NCBI RefSeq assembly: GCF_963921235.1
Contig: NC_086108.1
Span: forward strand, 20,274,001 to 20,338,000
From: Mobula hypostoma
Lineage: Eukaryota
Direction of reading: 5' to 3'
DNA length: 64,000 bases
Shown here: positions 10,766 to 23,113 of the stretch, piece by piece
Layout of the letters: each line of letters begins with the position of its first letter
How positions within the stretch are numbered: the stretch's first letter is position 1
Notes under the pieces: model-generated
What the model saw: the letters and a program-made list of their open reading frames with translations, nothing else
The model's database searches: none
What the model was told of the DNA's origin: nothing
Translations under genes and position numbers: made by a program

Positions 10766-13700
10766 AGCTACAGGGAGGTAGTTACACCAAAGGAGCAGAA
10801 GTCAGGAAATTGGGTCACTGTCAGGCGAGGGAAGAGGAAAGGGCAGGCAGAGCAGGGTTCCCCTGTGGCCATTCCCCTCAACAACAAGTATACCGCATTG
10901 GATACTGTTGGGGGGGGATGACCTACCTGGGACAAGCTGCAGTAGCCGGATCTCTGACACTGAGTCTGGCTCTGCAGTGCAGAAGGGAGGGGGGAAAAGA
11001 GGAGAGCGGTAGTGATAGGGGACTCGATAGTTAGAGGGGCAGACAGGAGGTTCTGTGGTTGTGACAGAGAATCCAGGATGGTTTGTTGCCTCCCGGGTGC
11101 CAGGGTCAAGGATGTCTCTGATCAATTGCATGACATTCTGAAGTGGGAGGGTGATCAGCCAGATGTCGTGGTGCACATCGGTACCAATGACATAGCAAGG
11201 AAGAGTAAGGAGGTCCTGGAGAGTGAGTATAGAGAGCTTGGTAGGAAGTTGAAAAGCAGGACCTCGAGAGTGGTAATCTCAGGATTGCTACCTGTGCTAC
11301 ATGCCAGTGAGGGTAGGAATAGGATGCTCTGGAGGATGAACAAGTGGCTGAGGAACTGGTGTAGGGAGCAGAGTTTCAGATTTCAGGATAATTGGGACCT
11401 CTTCTGGGGCAGGTAGGACCTGTACAAGAGAGACGGGTTACACTTGAACTACAGGGAGACCAATATCCTTTCAGGGAGGTTTGTTAATGCTGCTGGGGAG
11501 GCTTTAAACTAGATTTGCAGGGGGATGGGAACCAGAGTGCCAAAGCTGACAGTGTGGCTGTGGTGAAAATAAATGATGTTAAAAGTTCAAGCAAATCCGC
11601 TAATAGAAAGGTTGTGAGTGGTGGTAAAAATCTTCTGAGGTGTATATATTTCAATGCTAGGAGTATTGCGGGGAAGGCGGATGAGTTGAGGGCGTGGATT
11701 GACATGTGGAATTATGACGTTATAGCAATTAGTGAAACTTGGCTACAGGAGGGGCAGGACTGGCAGCTTAATATTCCAGGGTTCCGATGTTTCAGATGTG
11801 ATCGAGGCAGAGGAATGAAAGGTGGGGGAGTAGCATTGCTTGTTAGGGAAAATATTACAGCAGTGCTCAGGCAGGACAGATTAGAGGGCTTGTCTACTGA
11901 GTCCTTATGGGTGGAGCTGAGAAACGGGAAAGGTATGGCCACATTAGTGGGATTGTATTATAGACCACCCAATAGTCAACGAGAATTGGAAGAGCAAATC
12001 TGCAGAGAGATAGCAGGCAAATGCAGGAAACATAAAGTTGTGGTGGTAGGGGATTTTAGTTTTCCATATATTGATTGGATCTCCCATACTGTTAGGGGTC
12101 TAGATGGTTTAGAGTTTGTAAAATGTGTTCAGGAAAGTTTTTTAAATCAATATATAGAGGGACCAACTAGAGGGATGCAATATTGGATCTCCTGTTAGGA
12201 AACGAGTTAGGACAAGTAACAGAAGTCTGTGTGGGGAGCACTTTGGTTCCAGTGATCATAACACCATTAGTTTCAACTTGATCATGGACAAGGATAGATC
12301 TAGTCCCAGGGTTGAGGTTCTTAACTGGAAGAAGGCCAAATTTGAAGAAATGAGAAAGGATCTAAAAAGAGTGGATTGGGGCAGGTTGTTCTCTGGCAAG
12401 GATGTGATCGGTAGGTGGGAAGCCTTCAAAGGAGAAAGTTTTTGAGAGTGCAGAATTTGTATGTTCCTGTCAGGATTATACAATGTCAGGAGAGAGAAAC
12501 CGGGGAATTATAGACCGGTTAGCCTAATGTCGGTGGTGGGGAAACTGCTGGAGTCAGTTATCAAGGATGTGATAACAGCACATTTGGAGAGTGGTGAAAT
12601 GATCGGACAAAGTCAGCATGGATTTGTGAAAGGAAAATCATGTCTGACGAATCTCATAGAATTTTTTGAGGATGTAACTAGTAGAGTGGATAGGGGAGAA
12701 CCAGTGGATGTGGTATATTTGGATTTTCAAAAGGCTTTTGACAAGGTCCCACACAGGAGATTAGTGTGCAAACTTACAGCACACGGTATTGGGGGTAAGG
12801 TATTGGTGTGGGTGGAGAATTGGTTAGCAGACAGGAAGCAAAGAGTGGGAATAAACGGGACCTTTTCAGAATGGCAGGCGGTGACTAGTGGGGTACCGCA
12901 AGGCTCAGTGCTGGGACCCCAGTTGTTTACAATATATATTAATGACTTGGATGAGGGAATTAAATGCAGCATCTCCAAGTTTGCGGATGACATGAAGCTG
13001 GGTGGCAGTGTTAGCTGTGAGGAGGATGCTAAGAGGATGCAGGGTGACTTGATAGGTTGGGTGAGTGGGTAAATTCATGACAGATGCAATTTAATGTGGA
13101 TAAATGTGAAGTTATCCACTTTGGTGGCAAAAATAGGAAAACAGATTATTATCTGAATGGTGGTCGATTAGGAAAAGGGGAGGTGCAACGAGACCTGGGT
13201 ATCATTATACACCAGTCATTGAAAGTGGGCATGCAGGTACAGCAGGCGGTGAAAAAGGCGAATGGTATGCTGGCATTTATAGCGAGAGGATTCGAGTACA
13301 GGAGCAGGGAGGTACTACTGCAGTTGTACAAGGCCTTGGTGAGACCACACCTGGAGTACTGTGTGCAGTTTTGGTCCCCTAATCTGAGGAAAGACATCCT
13401 TGCCATAGAGGGAGTACAAAGAAGGTTCACCAGATTGATTCCTGGGATGGCAGGACTTTCATATGAAGAAAGACTGGATGAACTGGGCTTGTACTCGTTG
13501 GAATTTAGAAGATTGAGGGGGGATCTGATTGAAACGTATAAGATCCTAAAGGGATTGGACAGGCTAGATGCAGGAAGATTGTTTCCGATGTTGGGGAAGT
13601 CCAGAACGAGGGTCCACAGTTTGAGGATAGAGGTGAAGCCTTTTAGGACCGAGATTAGGAAAAACTTCTTCACACAGAGAGTGGTGAATCTGTGGAATTC

Positions 13701-15846
13701 TCTGCCACAGGAAACAGTTGAGGCCAGTTCATTGGCTATATTTAAGAGGGAGTTAGATATAGCCCTTGTGGCTACGGGGGTCAGGGGGTATGGAGGGAAG
13801 GCTGGGGCGGGGTTCTGAGTTGGAGGATCAGCCATGATCATAATAAATGGCGGTGCAGGCTCGAAGGGCCGAATGGCCTACTCCTGCACCTATTTTCTAA
13901 GTTTCTATGATTAAAGGCAAAGTGAATAGGAATAAGGAACCTTGGTTCTCAAGGGATATTGCAACTCTGATTAAGAAGAAGAGCGAGTTGTATGACATGT
14001 CTAAGAAGCAGGGAGTAAATAAGGTGCTTGAGGAGTATAAGAAGTGCAAGAAAATACTTAAAAAAGAAATCAGGAGGGCTAAAAGAAGACATGAGGTTGC
14101 CTTGGCAGTCAAAGTGAAGGATAATCCAAAGAGCTTTTACAGGTATATTAAGAGCAAAAGGATTGTAAGGGATAAAATTGGTCCTCTTGAAGATCAGAGT
14201 GGTGGGCTATGTGCGGAACCAAAGGAAATGGGGGAGATCTCAAATAGGTTTTTTGTGTCTGTATTTACTAATGAAACTGGCATGAAGTCTATGGAATTAA
14301 GGGAAACAAGTAGTGAGATCATGGAAACTGTACAGATCGAAAAGGAGGAGGTCCTTGCTGTCTTGAGGAAAATTAAAGTGGATAAATCCCCGGGACCTGA
14401 CAGGGTGTTCCCTCGGACCTTGAAGGAGACTAGTGTTGAAATTGCAGGGGCCCTGGCAGAAATATTTAAAATGTTGCTGTCTACAGGTGAGGTGCCGGAG
14501 GATTGGAGAGTGGCTCATGTTGTTCCATTGTTTAAAAAAGGATCAAAAAGTAATCCGGGAAATTATAGGCCAGTAAGTTAAACGTCGGTAGTAGGTAAGT
14601 TATTGGAGGGAGTACTAAGAGACAGAATCTACAAGCATTTGGATAGACAGGGACTTATTAGGGAGAGTCAACATGGCTTTGTGCGCGGTAGGTCATGTTT
14701 GACCAATCTGTTGGAGTTCTTCGAGGAGGTTACCAGGAAAGTGGATGAAGGGAAGGCAGTGGATATTGTCTACATGGACTTCAGTAAGGCCTTTGACAAG
14801 GTCCCGCATGGGAGATTAGTTAGGAAAATTCAGTTGCTAGGTATACATGGAGAGGTGGTAAATTGGATTAGACATTAGCTCAATGGAAGAAGCCAAAGAG
14901 TGGTAGTAGAGAATTGCTTCTCCGAGTGGAGGCCTGTGACTAGTGGTGTGCCACAGGGATCAGTGCTGGGTCCATTGTTATTTGTCATCTATATCAATGA
15001 TCTGGATGCTAATGTGGTAAATTGGATCAGCAAATTTGCTGATGATACAAAGATTGGAGGTGTAGTAGACAGTGAGGAAGGTTTTCAGAGCCTGCAGAGG
15101 GACTTGGACCAGCTGGAAAAATGGGCTGAAAAATGGCAGATGGAGTTTAATACAGACAAGTGTGAGGTATTGCATGTTGGAAGGACAAACCAAGGTAGAA
15201 CATACAGGGTTACTGGTAAGGCACTGAGGAGTGCAGTGGAACAGAGGGATCTGGGAACACAGATACAAAATTCCCTAAAAGTGGCGTCACAGGTAGATAG
15301 GGTCGTAAAGAGAGCTTTTGGTACATTGGTCTTTATTAATCAAAGTATTGAGTATAAGAGCTGGAATGTTATGATGAGGTTGTATAAGCCATTGGTGAGG
15401 CCGAATCTGGAGTATTGTGTTCAGTTTTGGTCACCAAATTACAGGAAGGATATAAATAAGGTTGAAAGAGTGCAGAGAAGGTTTACAAGGATGTTGCCGG
15501 GACTTGAGAAACTCAGTTACAGAGAAAGGTTGAATGGGTTAGGACTTTATTTCCTGGAGCATAGAAGAATGAGGGGAGATTTGATAGAGGCATATAATAT
15601 TATGACAGGTATTGATAGAGTGAATGCAAGCAGGCTTTTTCCACTGAGGCAAGGGGAGAAAAAAACCAGAGGACATAGGTTAAGGGTGAGGGGGGAAAAG
15701 TTTAAAGGGAACATTAGGGGGGGCTTCTTCACGCAGAGAGTGATGGGAGTATGGAATGAGCTGCCAGACGAGGTGGTAAATGCGGGTTCTTTTTTAACAT
15801 TTAAGAACAAATTGGACAGATACATGGATGGGAGGTGTATGGAGGG
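10766..15846 (+). mobile_element. CR1 LINE (family A), near full length: ORF1 with SGNH-esterase domain plus ORF2 EN-RT; split by another CR1 at 12479-13908; 3' tail missing
   Basis: ORF1 IGDSIVRG...CCLPGARV...VVVHIGTND (11012-11416). Endonuclease YFNARS...ISETW...YRPP...GDF (11515-12198). RT 13907-15846. Several stops and frameshifts. Confidence 0.93.
12479..13908 (+). mobile_element. CR1 LINE (family B), 5'-truncated, nested in CR1 family A
   Basis: RT ORFs 12461-13072 and 13084-13818. TTTCTAAGTTTCTAT tail. TSD GATTA at 12474-12478 and 13909-13913. Host frame YVPVR-IKGKVN is restored on removal. Confidence 0.9.
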
Positions 15847-15847
15847 A

Positions 15848-15965
15848 AGTGTCGCCTCACCTGGAAGGACTGTTTGGGGCCCTGAATGGTGGTAAGTGAG
15901 GAAGTGTAAGGGCATGTGTAGCACTTGTTCCGCTTACACGGATAAGTGCCAGGAGGGAGATCAGT
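15848..15965 (-). mobile_element. Penelope-like element fragment
   Basis: Reverse complement closely matches about 43481-43600 of the GIY-YIG Penelope copy. Confidence 0.8.
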
Positions 15966-16027
15966 TGTCAACTAATCAATTATGTGTTATGCTGTAAACC
16001 TAGCACACAAAAGGACTTAAGTACTAC

Positions 16028-16355
16028 GTGTGGATAGTCAGAGGCTTTTTCCCAGTGCTGAAATGACTAACACAAGAGGGCACAGTTTTAAGGTGCTTGG
16101 AAGTAGGTACAGAGGGGATGTCAGGTGTAGGGTTTTTTTTTAAACGCAGAGAGTGGTGAGTGCATGGAACGGGCTGCCGGCAACTGTGGTGGAGGCGGAT
16201 ACAATAAGGACTTTTAAGAGGCTCCTGGATAGGTACATGGACCTTAGAAAAATAGAGGGCGATGGGTAACCCTAGGTAATTTCTAAAGTAAGTACATGTT
16301 CGGCAGAGCATTGTGGGGCAAGGGGCATGTATTGTAATATAGGCTTATGTTCTAC
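16028..16355 (+). mobile_element. CR1 3' fragment (family C)
   Basis: TRGHSFKVLGSRY...QRVVSAWN segment. Similar to the 3' end of 27784-29636. Confidence 0.8.
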
Positions 16356-17569
16356 TACAAGAGGACAGACAATTTATTACAATGATTTAGGCTAAAATTA
16401 AGCCAGACTGTTTCTGTTTTTTGGTTGCACTGACAGACAAGAAGTTAATTCAGACAGTCTTAATTCATTAATGTGTATGAACGCTGAGCGTAAAATTTCA
16501 TCTAAAATGGCCACTGAGAGAATGAAATACATAGCAAGTGGACCAGATACAGACCATGAAGAAACTTACTGCATATTAGTGAGGAACTTAATCAGGCATT
16601 ACTGAAGTTAGACATTGACTATTTGTCAGGCTACAAACAATTAAGTCTCTGCATTACTGAGAAAACACACACATTCCCCAGCATGGTGAACATGAACAGA
16701 GAGGATGATGACTATGACCTAAACAGGGCTTTAGTCAAATTCTTCTTCTGTTCCAATAACATTAATTATGGCCCAGGATTGTGAGAAAACCAAACAGCTG
16801 ATCTGCTGTCTTTGATATTCGGAGCATGAAAGGCAGAAAGACACAAATAAACAAGCTACAGCAGTGATTTTCAAAGTGGGGTCATGACCTTCATGAAATA
16901 TGTTTTTTAAATTCACCAAAACAGATTTTATACACCCCACACATCAGAGACAGAGAGAACGTGAGCAAGCTGAAAAGCAAACTAACCCCAAACATTATCA
17001 TTTACTAGGAGTAAAATATCATTTTCTGATGGCTTTTAGGGCTTTACAGAAGTGGTGTGATTGCAGCTAAATTTACATTTACAGTTAGCTCATTATTATT
17101 ACTTGTGAGCAAGGTGGACAACCTGAAATTAATTTGCCTACTGCTCTATAGCATGCAAAATGGCAGGAATCTAGCATTGTTAAACAGCAGCAAATTCAAG
17201 CAACAACCACTAGGTGAGAACAGAATTTTTTTGGCAGGAAAACCTAATCAAAAGATTGACAATTGATGTCAAATGCCTTCAGGAGAAGCTTGAATCTATC
17301 AGAGAAGAAGAATTGTTTCAATGAAAGAAATTAACATCTTTCCTAGCCAGTAATATTATGGATGTAGCAAAGGCCACGGGTCCCAAGATTCCAGTTGCAG
17401 CACACAATGCTTGGTCTTTTTAACAAGTCTGCTTCCAGTCAAACTATTTCAGTACATCTACCCAACAGAGATTACAATTGCTCTGTAAACCTTACAAAAT
17501 AAAAGGCACATCCAATCTAGCCAAATACTACCCCATCAGCCAAATCACAATTAAACAGAAAATATACAC

Positions 17570-17800
17570 CGCAGTGTAGCTGTTAGCTTAATGCTATTAC
17601 AGCACCAGTTCAATTCCGCAGTTTGTAAGGGGTTTTACATTCTCCCTGTGACCACGTGGGTTTCATCCAGGTGCCCTGGTTTCCAACCACATTCCAAGGA
17701 TGTACAGACTAGAAGGATAATTGATCACGAGTGTAATTGATAGCACGGTCATGTTGGGCCAGGAGAACCTAATACTGTGTTGCATCTCTAAATAAATAAG
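17570..17800 (+). mobile_element. tRNA-derived V-SINE (HE1-like), degraded
   Basis: GTTCAATTCC B-box-like motif followed by the V-domain core TTCTCCCTGTGACCACGTGGGTTTCATCCAGGTGCCCTGGTTTCC. Confidence 0.65.
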
Positions 17801-18189
17801 AAATATACTGGTACCTCACTTAATGTAAAGCAAGTGTTCCAGTAAAGAGTGTGCTAATGGAACTGGCACCAAATAGGATCAGAGGTACATAATGATATTG
17901 CTGCTGTACAAGCTTGTGTAAATGTGTTCTCACTGTCGCCATACACAGCTGCATCAAAACTTGGCATGAATTCACCCAATACGATGTGAGGAGGTCAGCT
18001 GCAAGGGCTGGATGAACCAGGGTGAGTGGTGTGGCTACTCAGCCATGACATGTGGGGATCAGGGATGTACAATGGTCAGCAGAGTGCATCCACTGGTGGG
18101 AGCCAGCAGCAACAGCTCTATGAGCTAACAGGCCACCTTGCTTACGTGTGTGATGGAAACTGCTCCTTTGCACAGTTCACCCCAGCCCT

Positions 18190-18597
18190 AAGATGGTGCT
18201 CGGTGCTAAGTGTCGGAGGCTCGAAGTTTTCGGACAGACTCAAGAGTCGGCTGTGGTCGGGTGCTTCCAGGGTGCTGCATCGGCAAGTTTGCGGCGCTGG
18301 AAGTTCACGGCAGGGAGAATTTTTCTTCCTTCTACCGTCTACCTGAGATGATGGGACTTTTGAGAGACTTTGAGACTTCTTTTTACCGTGCCCATGGTCT
18401 GTTCTTTATCAAATTACAGTATTGCTTTGCACTGTTGTAACTATATGTTATAATTATGTGGTTTTTGTCAGTTTTTCAGTCTTGGTTTGTCTTGTGTTTC
18501 TGTGATATCATTCTGGAGGAACATTGTATCATTTCTTAATGCATGTATTACTAAATGACAATAAAAGAGGACTGTGTGTCCTCATAATCTAATCTAA
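18190..18597 (+). mobile_element. Non-autonomous retroposon with AAGATGG 5' end, AATAAA and (AATCT)n tail
   Basis: CpG-rich head, T-rich 3' UTR, polyA signal and short tandem tail typical of Rex/L2-type 3' ends. No ORF. Confidence 0.5.
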
Positions 18598-18869
18598 ATT
18601 CTTCTTCGTATGCATAATTGTAACTAAGCTATTTGATAGTGACTATAAAGTACTTTTAATGGTGGGGTGAAGAAAAGCAGAATGTAAAAATGCCTGAATT
18701 TGAGGTACACAGAAATCTGAAGGCTGAAAGCTGTTAGAAAAAATCCATAGAAGAATTCAAAGAAAGGTAAATTTAGGATGAAAAACAAAGTATTTTACAT
18801 TGGTCTATTCAAAACTACTGGCTTAACTATTTGTAGTAACACACACAAAATACTGGAGGAACTCAGTAG
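18357..18869 (+). repeat. 513-bp segment, copy 1 of a local direct duplication
   Basis: Identical by eye to 19763-20275 (offset 1406). Confidence 0.92.
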
Positions 18870-19305
18870 GTCAGGCAAATAAATGGAAATAAACAGGGCT
18901 GAGACCCTTCCTCAGGACTGGAAAGGAAGGAGGAAAAGTCAGAGGAAGAAGGTGGGGAATGAGAAGGAGTACAACTTAGATGATAGATGATGCAAGACAG
19001 GTGGGCGAGGGAGGGAGGATAAAGAAAGAAGCTGGGAGGTGACAGGTGGAAAAGATAAAAGGGCTGGAGAAGGAAGAATCTGATATGAGAGCAGAGTGGA
19101 CCATGGGAGAAAGGGAAGAAGGAGGGAAGCTAGAGTGAGGAATGGAAGAAGAGGGAAGGGGGAGGGGGAAAATTACCAGAAGTTAGAGAAATCAATTTTT
19201 ATGTCATCAGATTGGAGGCTACCCAGATGAAATATGAGGTGTTTTCCTCCAACCTGACATGGCCTCATCATGGCAATAGAGGAAGCTATGGACAGAAACT
19301 TCAGA
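18838..19305 (-). mobile_element. Penelope-like element 3' part and pLTR, degraded
   Basis: AACACACACAAAATACTGGAGGAACTCAG...GAGACCCTTCCTCAGGACTGG, purine-rich tract and end of the GIY-YIG region, in reverse of about 43800-44296. Confidence 0.75.
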
Positions 19306-19315
19306 AACGACATAC

Positions 19316-19415
19316 CTATTGAAATGTTCTCTTTCCACTAACATGCAATTTGACTTCTTTCAGGTGCACATCTTTGCTAATAAACTTTTTGCTCCAAAAC
19401 AAGCAATCCCTAGTG
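19316..19415 (-). other. Candidate internal exon (100 nt) of a minus-strand transcript
   Basis: Minus-strand acceptor CTTTATTATCTTTCCCTCTAG and donor AG/GTATGT, in non-repetitive DNA. No clear read-through frame. Confidence 0.4.
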
Positions 19416-19762
19416 CTAGAGGGAAAGATAATAAAGCTGGTAGCTACAACAGGAAACATTAACAGTAGTAACAAACAAGTAGCGGCATTCAACCTATTTC
19501 AATTATATACGACTACATTGACTCTGTCTCTCAGATACTACCCTTCCTGATGTAATAAGTAATGCAGAAAATCACAGGTGCAGTGCTATCCATTAGACTG
19601 CCAACATGTTGTGTTGGCACAAAACCCCTGAAATCACAGACTGCAGTCACTTAACATAATAGGTTCTTGAAACTAACTCCAGCTTTTTCTAAGACTGTAT
19701 TTGAAACAGACCACAACAATGGAAACACATTTCTCTAGGATATCATAAAAATCTGTTGATAT

Positions 19763-20275
19763 CTTTTGAGAGACTTTGAGACTTCTTTTTACCGTGCCCA
19801 TGGTCTGTTCTTTATCAAATTACAGTATTGCTTTGCACTGTTGTAACTATATGTTATAATTATGTGGTTTTTGTCAGTTTTTCAGTCTTGGTTTGTCTTG
19901 TGTTTCTGTGATATCATTCTGGAGGAACATTGTATCATTTCTTAATGCATGTATTACTAAATGACAATAAAAGAGGACTGTGTGTCCTCATAATCTAATC
20001 TAAATTCTTCTTCGTATGCATAATTGTAACTAAGCTATTTGATAGTGACTATAAAGTACTTTTAATGGTGGGGTGAAGAAAAGCAGAATGTAAAAATGCC
20101 TGAATTTGAGGTACACAGAAATCTGAAGGCTGAAAGCTGTTAGAAAAAATCCATAGAAGAATTCAAAGAAAGGTAAATTTAGGATGAAAAACAAAGTATT
20201 TTACATTGGTCTATTCAAAACTACTGGCTTAACTATTTGTAGTAACACACACAAAATACTGGAGGAACTCAGTAG
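19763..20275 (+). repeat. 513-bp segment, copy 2 of the local direct duplication
   Basis: Identical by eye to 18357-18869. Followed by the micro-duplication TAGAAAAAGACTT x2. Confidence 0.92.
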
Positions 20276-20704
20276 AAAAAGACTTATTAGAAAAAGACTT
20301 CAGAATTTTTACCATGGAAGTACATCATTTTCAAATATTCAGGATAGTTTAATGTCATTTCCAGTACATGAATGTAAAGGAGAACTCCAGATTTGATGCA
20401 GCACAGAAAAAACACAATATGATAAAGAACACAATAACAAACACACAATACAAATACATAAAATAGCCTATATATATATATATAGATTGTATGTCCATAA
20501 AGTGACGCTAGTTACAGCGCTGTCTGTATATTAGGTGGCTGACAAGAAATTATAAAGTAGTGATGGTGGGGGTATGGTCAGATGGAGGTGTTGATCAGCC
20601 TTACTGCTGGGGGGAAAGTAAATGTTTTTGAGTCTGGTGGTCTTAGAAGAGATGTAAGAAGAGATCTGCATAATAGTTGGAGAAACAGAGCATCCTCCAA
20701 GAAA

Positions 20705-21115
20705 ACCACAACCTTGACATGGTTTGGAGGCTTGCATGGCTCAATGTCTCAGAGAGCTAAGTCGGCTGGAGTCAGAGCCTTGTGCCTTGACTCTTGGTAG
20801 GATCACCCATGCCAAAGGGTAGAGGCCAGACTAAGAGTAGTCCACTGGTCCTACAGATTGGGGCGGGGGGGGGGGTGCGGCTGTTCAGCTTAGGACTAAC
20901 ATCCTAACTGGTAAAACAAAATTGTTAAGGAATCCTTCTGTATCTATGTGTGATGGTATTCCTCAGTTTCCGCCTGGGACTTGCATGACTGACAGAAGTT
21001 CAAACTGAGGAAGCTACTGGCATGATGGAGGAAGCCCTGAACATCACCAAAATTGGCATTGATGGCCATAGATAGAGAACCTTCAATGCTGCCCTAAATG
21101 CGTAACGGGCACTAA
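20705..21115 (+). mobile_element. Internally deleted RTE-clade (Rex3/Expander-like) retroposon
   Basis: 5' part ACCTTGACATGGTTTGGAGGCTTG...GGTAGGATCACCCATGCCAAA...GGCCAGACTAAGAG resembles RTE/Rex3 5' UTRs as I recall them. 3' part resembles an RTE ORF end. Confidence 0.5.
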
Positions 21116-22339
21116 ATATAGTGTGCAGATAATATAGTGGCAGAATTTTCTCCCACCCCCACAGGACTGAAACAAATCGCTGAGAAAATGTTTTACTTGA
21201 ATGAGACAGGGATGCCTTTATGCACATTCATCTCAAGCAATGTGATTCATGTTTTATGGCAGCCAAAAATCATTTAGTCCTCTGCTTAGAGGCGATGCAG
21301 ACGCTAAATGCAAGTTTAAACCTCTCAATCTATCACTCACAAGGACTAAGGCTCTAAAAGGGACAATCAAACCAAATCTTCCAGTGGTATAATGATTTAA
21401 CAAAAAATTGTTGGTGATGACATAGTTCCAAGATCATATCATGTCCTTTCTCTCTTCTTTCATCAAACAATATTGTGTCTGAAGAACAGATCTTTGCTTA
21501 CTATTAGCAATGTCTCTGTACATCAAGAAATGGCTGACAACATCCAGGCAGTGCTTTTACCAACAATGGGCCAAGGCATTATTACTGCAGTTAAGATGTA
21601 ATAATACCTGCTGTGCAAAATGAGGGAGTTCATTACGAAATGACTTTCAGTGGCATTCTGCTCAAAAGAATGATGACTATCTTCAATGAAGACAATTCGA
21701 ATACGGACACGGCAATAAATACGGCTACATGATGGAAGATGCATGTTACCAGGAGCTATCCAGATGTCCGTCAACACTTTTTAAGTCTCATTCATCAGCT
21801 AGCTAGCCAGGTACAATCACAGGAAGATTGCTTACCATTAATGATGTCACAAACTCAAAGTTCAGAGTCACCAGCACCCACATCACTGTCACACGTTACA
21901 GCTCTGCCTCTTATCTCTCCCACACCAGCTCAACACGCAAAGCCACTAACTAGGTGTAAATCTGGCAACTCTCCTCTGCAATAGCATTGTGGAAGTGCCT
22001 TCAACAAAAGGACAGCAGTGGTTCAAGATGGCTCACTGTCATCTACTCAAGGATGGTTAGGGAACGACATTAAATGCTGACTGACCATGCCAGCAATTTT
22101 CCCTCAAAGTTGTGTGATACATCTTTTGCTACTAATGCACAAAGAAATTTAAACTGTGCATAAAAGGTTGTCACCCTCTACCTCATTGGCATGTTAACTA
22201 TATTTCACGATCATACACAATTACGACTCTTTTTCCGGTTTCTAATGCAGACAGTATTGACAACATAAAGTTTGCAATGATTTGTCTGCAGATTTTAGAA
22301 CTGGCTTAATTATACTGTTTTTATTGATTCACTTTGTCA

Positions 22340-22775
22340 AATTCCAAAGAAGCAAAGGGCATGAAGCGCAAAACAACTGCTAGTTCATATAAAGTGGAGT
22401 GGCTTAATGATACAGTAGAAACTGCTACACTGAAAGCTCATGAGGTCGGGAACATGCAGCTATGAGAAATATTTATGTACAATACAGAAACTGGTGTTAT
22501 CTACGTTATTGTCACGATTCAAAAGTTGCTGGAGAAGAAGTGGGAAGAAGTGGCTTAATATTTAGAAACTCAACTTTTTAAAGCGTCATTTAATAAGTAA
22601 GTCATAAATGAATGGTGTGCAAAAGTTCTGGCAAGAAAATCCTTTATTACCCAATAGAGGCCTGCTACATATGGTTCGTGAGAGTGCAGATGAACGAGAT
22701 CAAAAATGATCAAACCCACAAGAGATCAAAGTTCTTATTGGCAGTGTTTTGCTAGCTGTTAAAATGAATACCTCT
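22340..22775 (+). pseudogene. Decayed hAT-like DNA transposase fragment
   Basis: Conceptual translation MKRKTTASSYKVEWL...LKRHLISKS...EIKVLIGSVLLAVKMNTS with stops and frameshifts. Resembles ZNF862-like hAT N-terminal regions. Confidence 0.4.
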
Positions 22776-23113
22776 ATATATAAAATTCATTGTGCATTAC
22801 CATCTAGAGGGAACAGTGCAATCCAGTAGAGTCTAAAACCCAAAAGATACAAAAAGAACAAACCTAACTTCAATGCTAAAAAGGTTGAAGTAACTGCCAT
22901 TTCTTGCTTTGATTTTGGGAAAAATGTGTATGTCATGAAGGGCACAATGACATCAGAAATGAGGCACTACGAAAACTATTTTGGTTACAGAAGTATCAAG
23001 AAATAAAAGGTAATTGGTAACACACTGATCAGTTAGAAACTCACTGTAAAGCATAAATTTGTAAGTAACTATAGAGACCCAAATTTTTTAATGTAGATGT
23101 AAATCCTACTTAC

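Noticed and set aside
13149..13841. Long antisense ORFs over CR1 (also 46315-47091) and Penelope (43706-44416)
   Set aside because: Shadow frames of retroelement sequence, with no independent evidence of coding.
100..14880. Several TGG>TAG/TGA stops as APOBEC-type hypermutation
   Set aside because: Too few events, and they are noticed precisely because they create stops. No context statistics could be computed.
1..15846. Near-identity of 1-2063 and 14762-15846 as a segmental duplication
   Set aside because: Similarity is confined to CR1 sequence and the flanks differ. These are independent copies of one young family.
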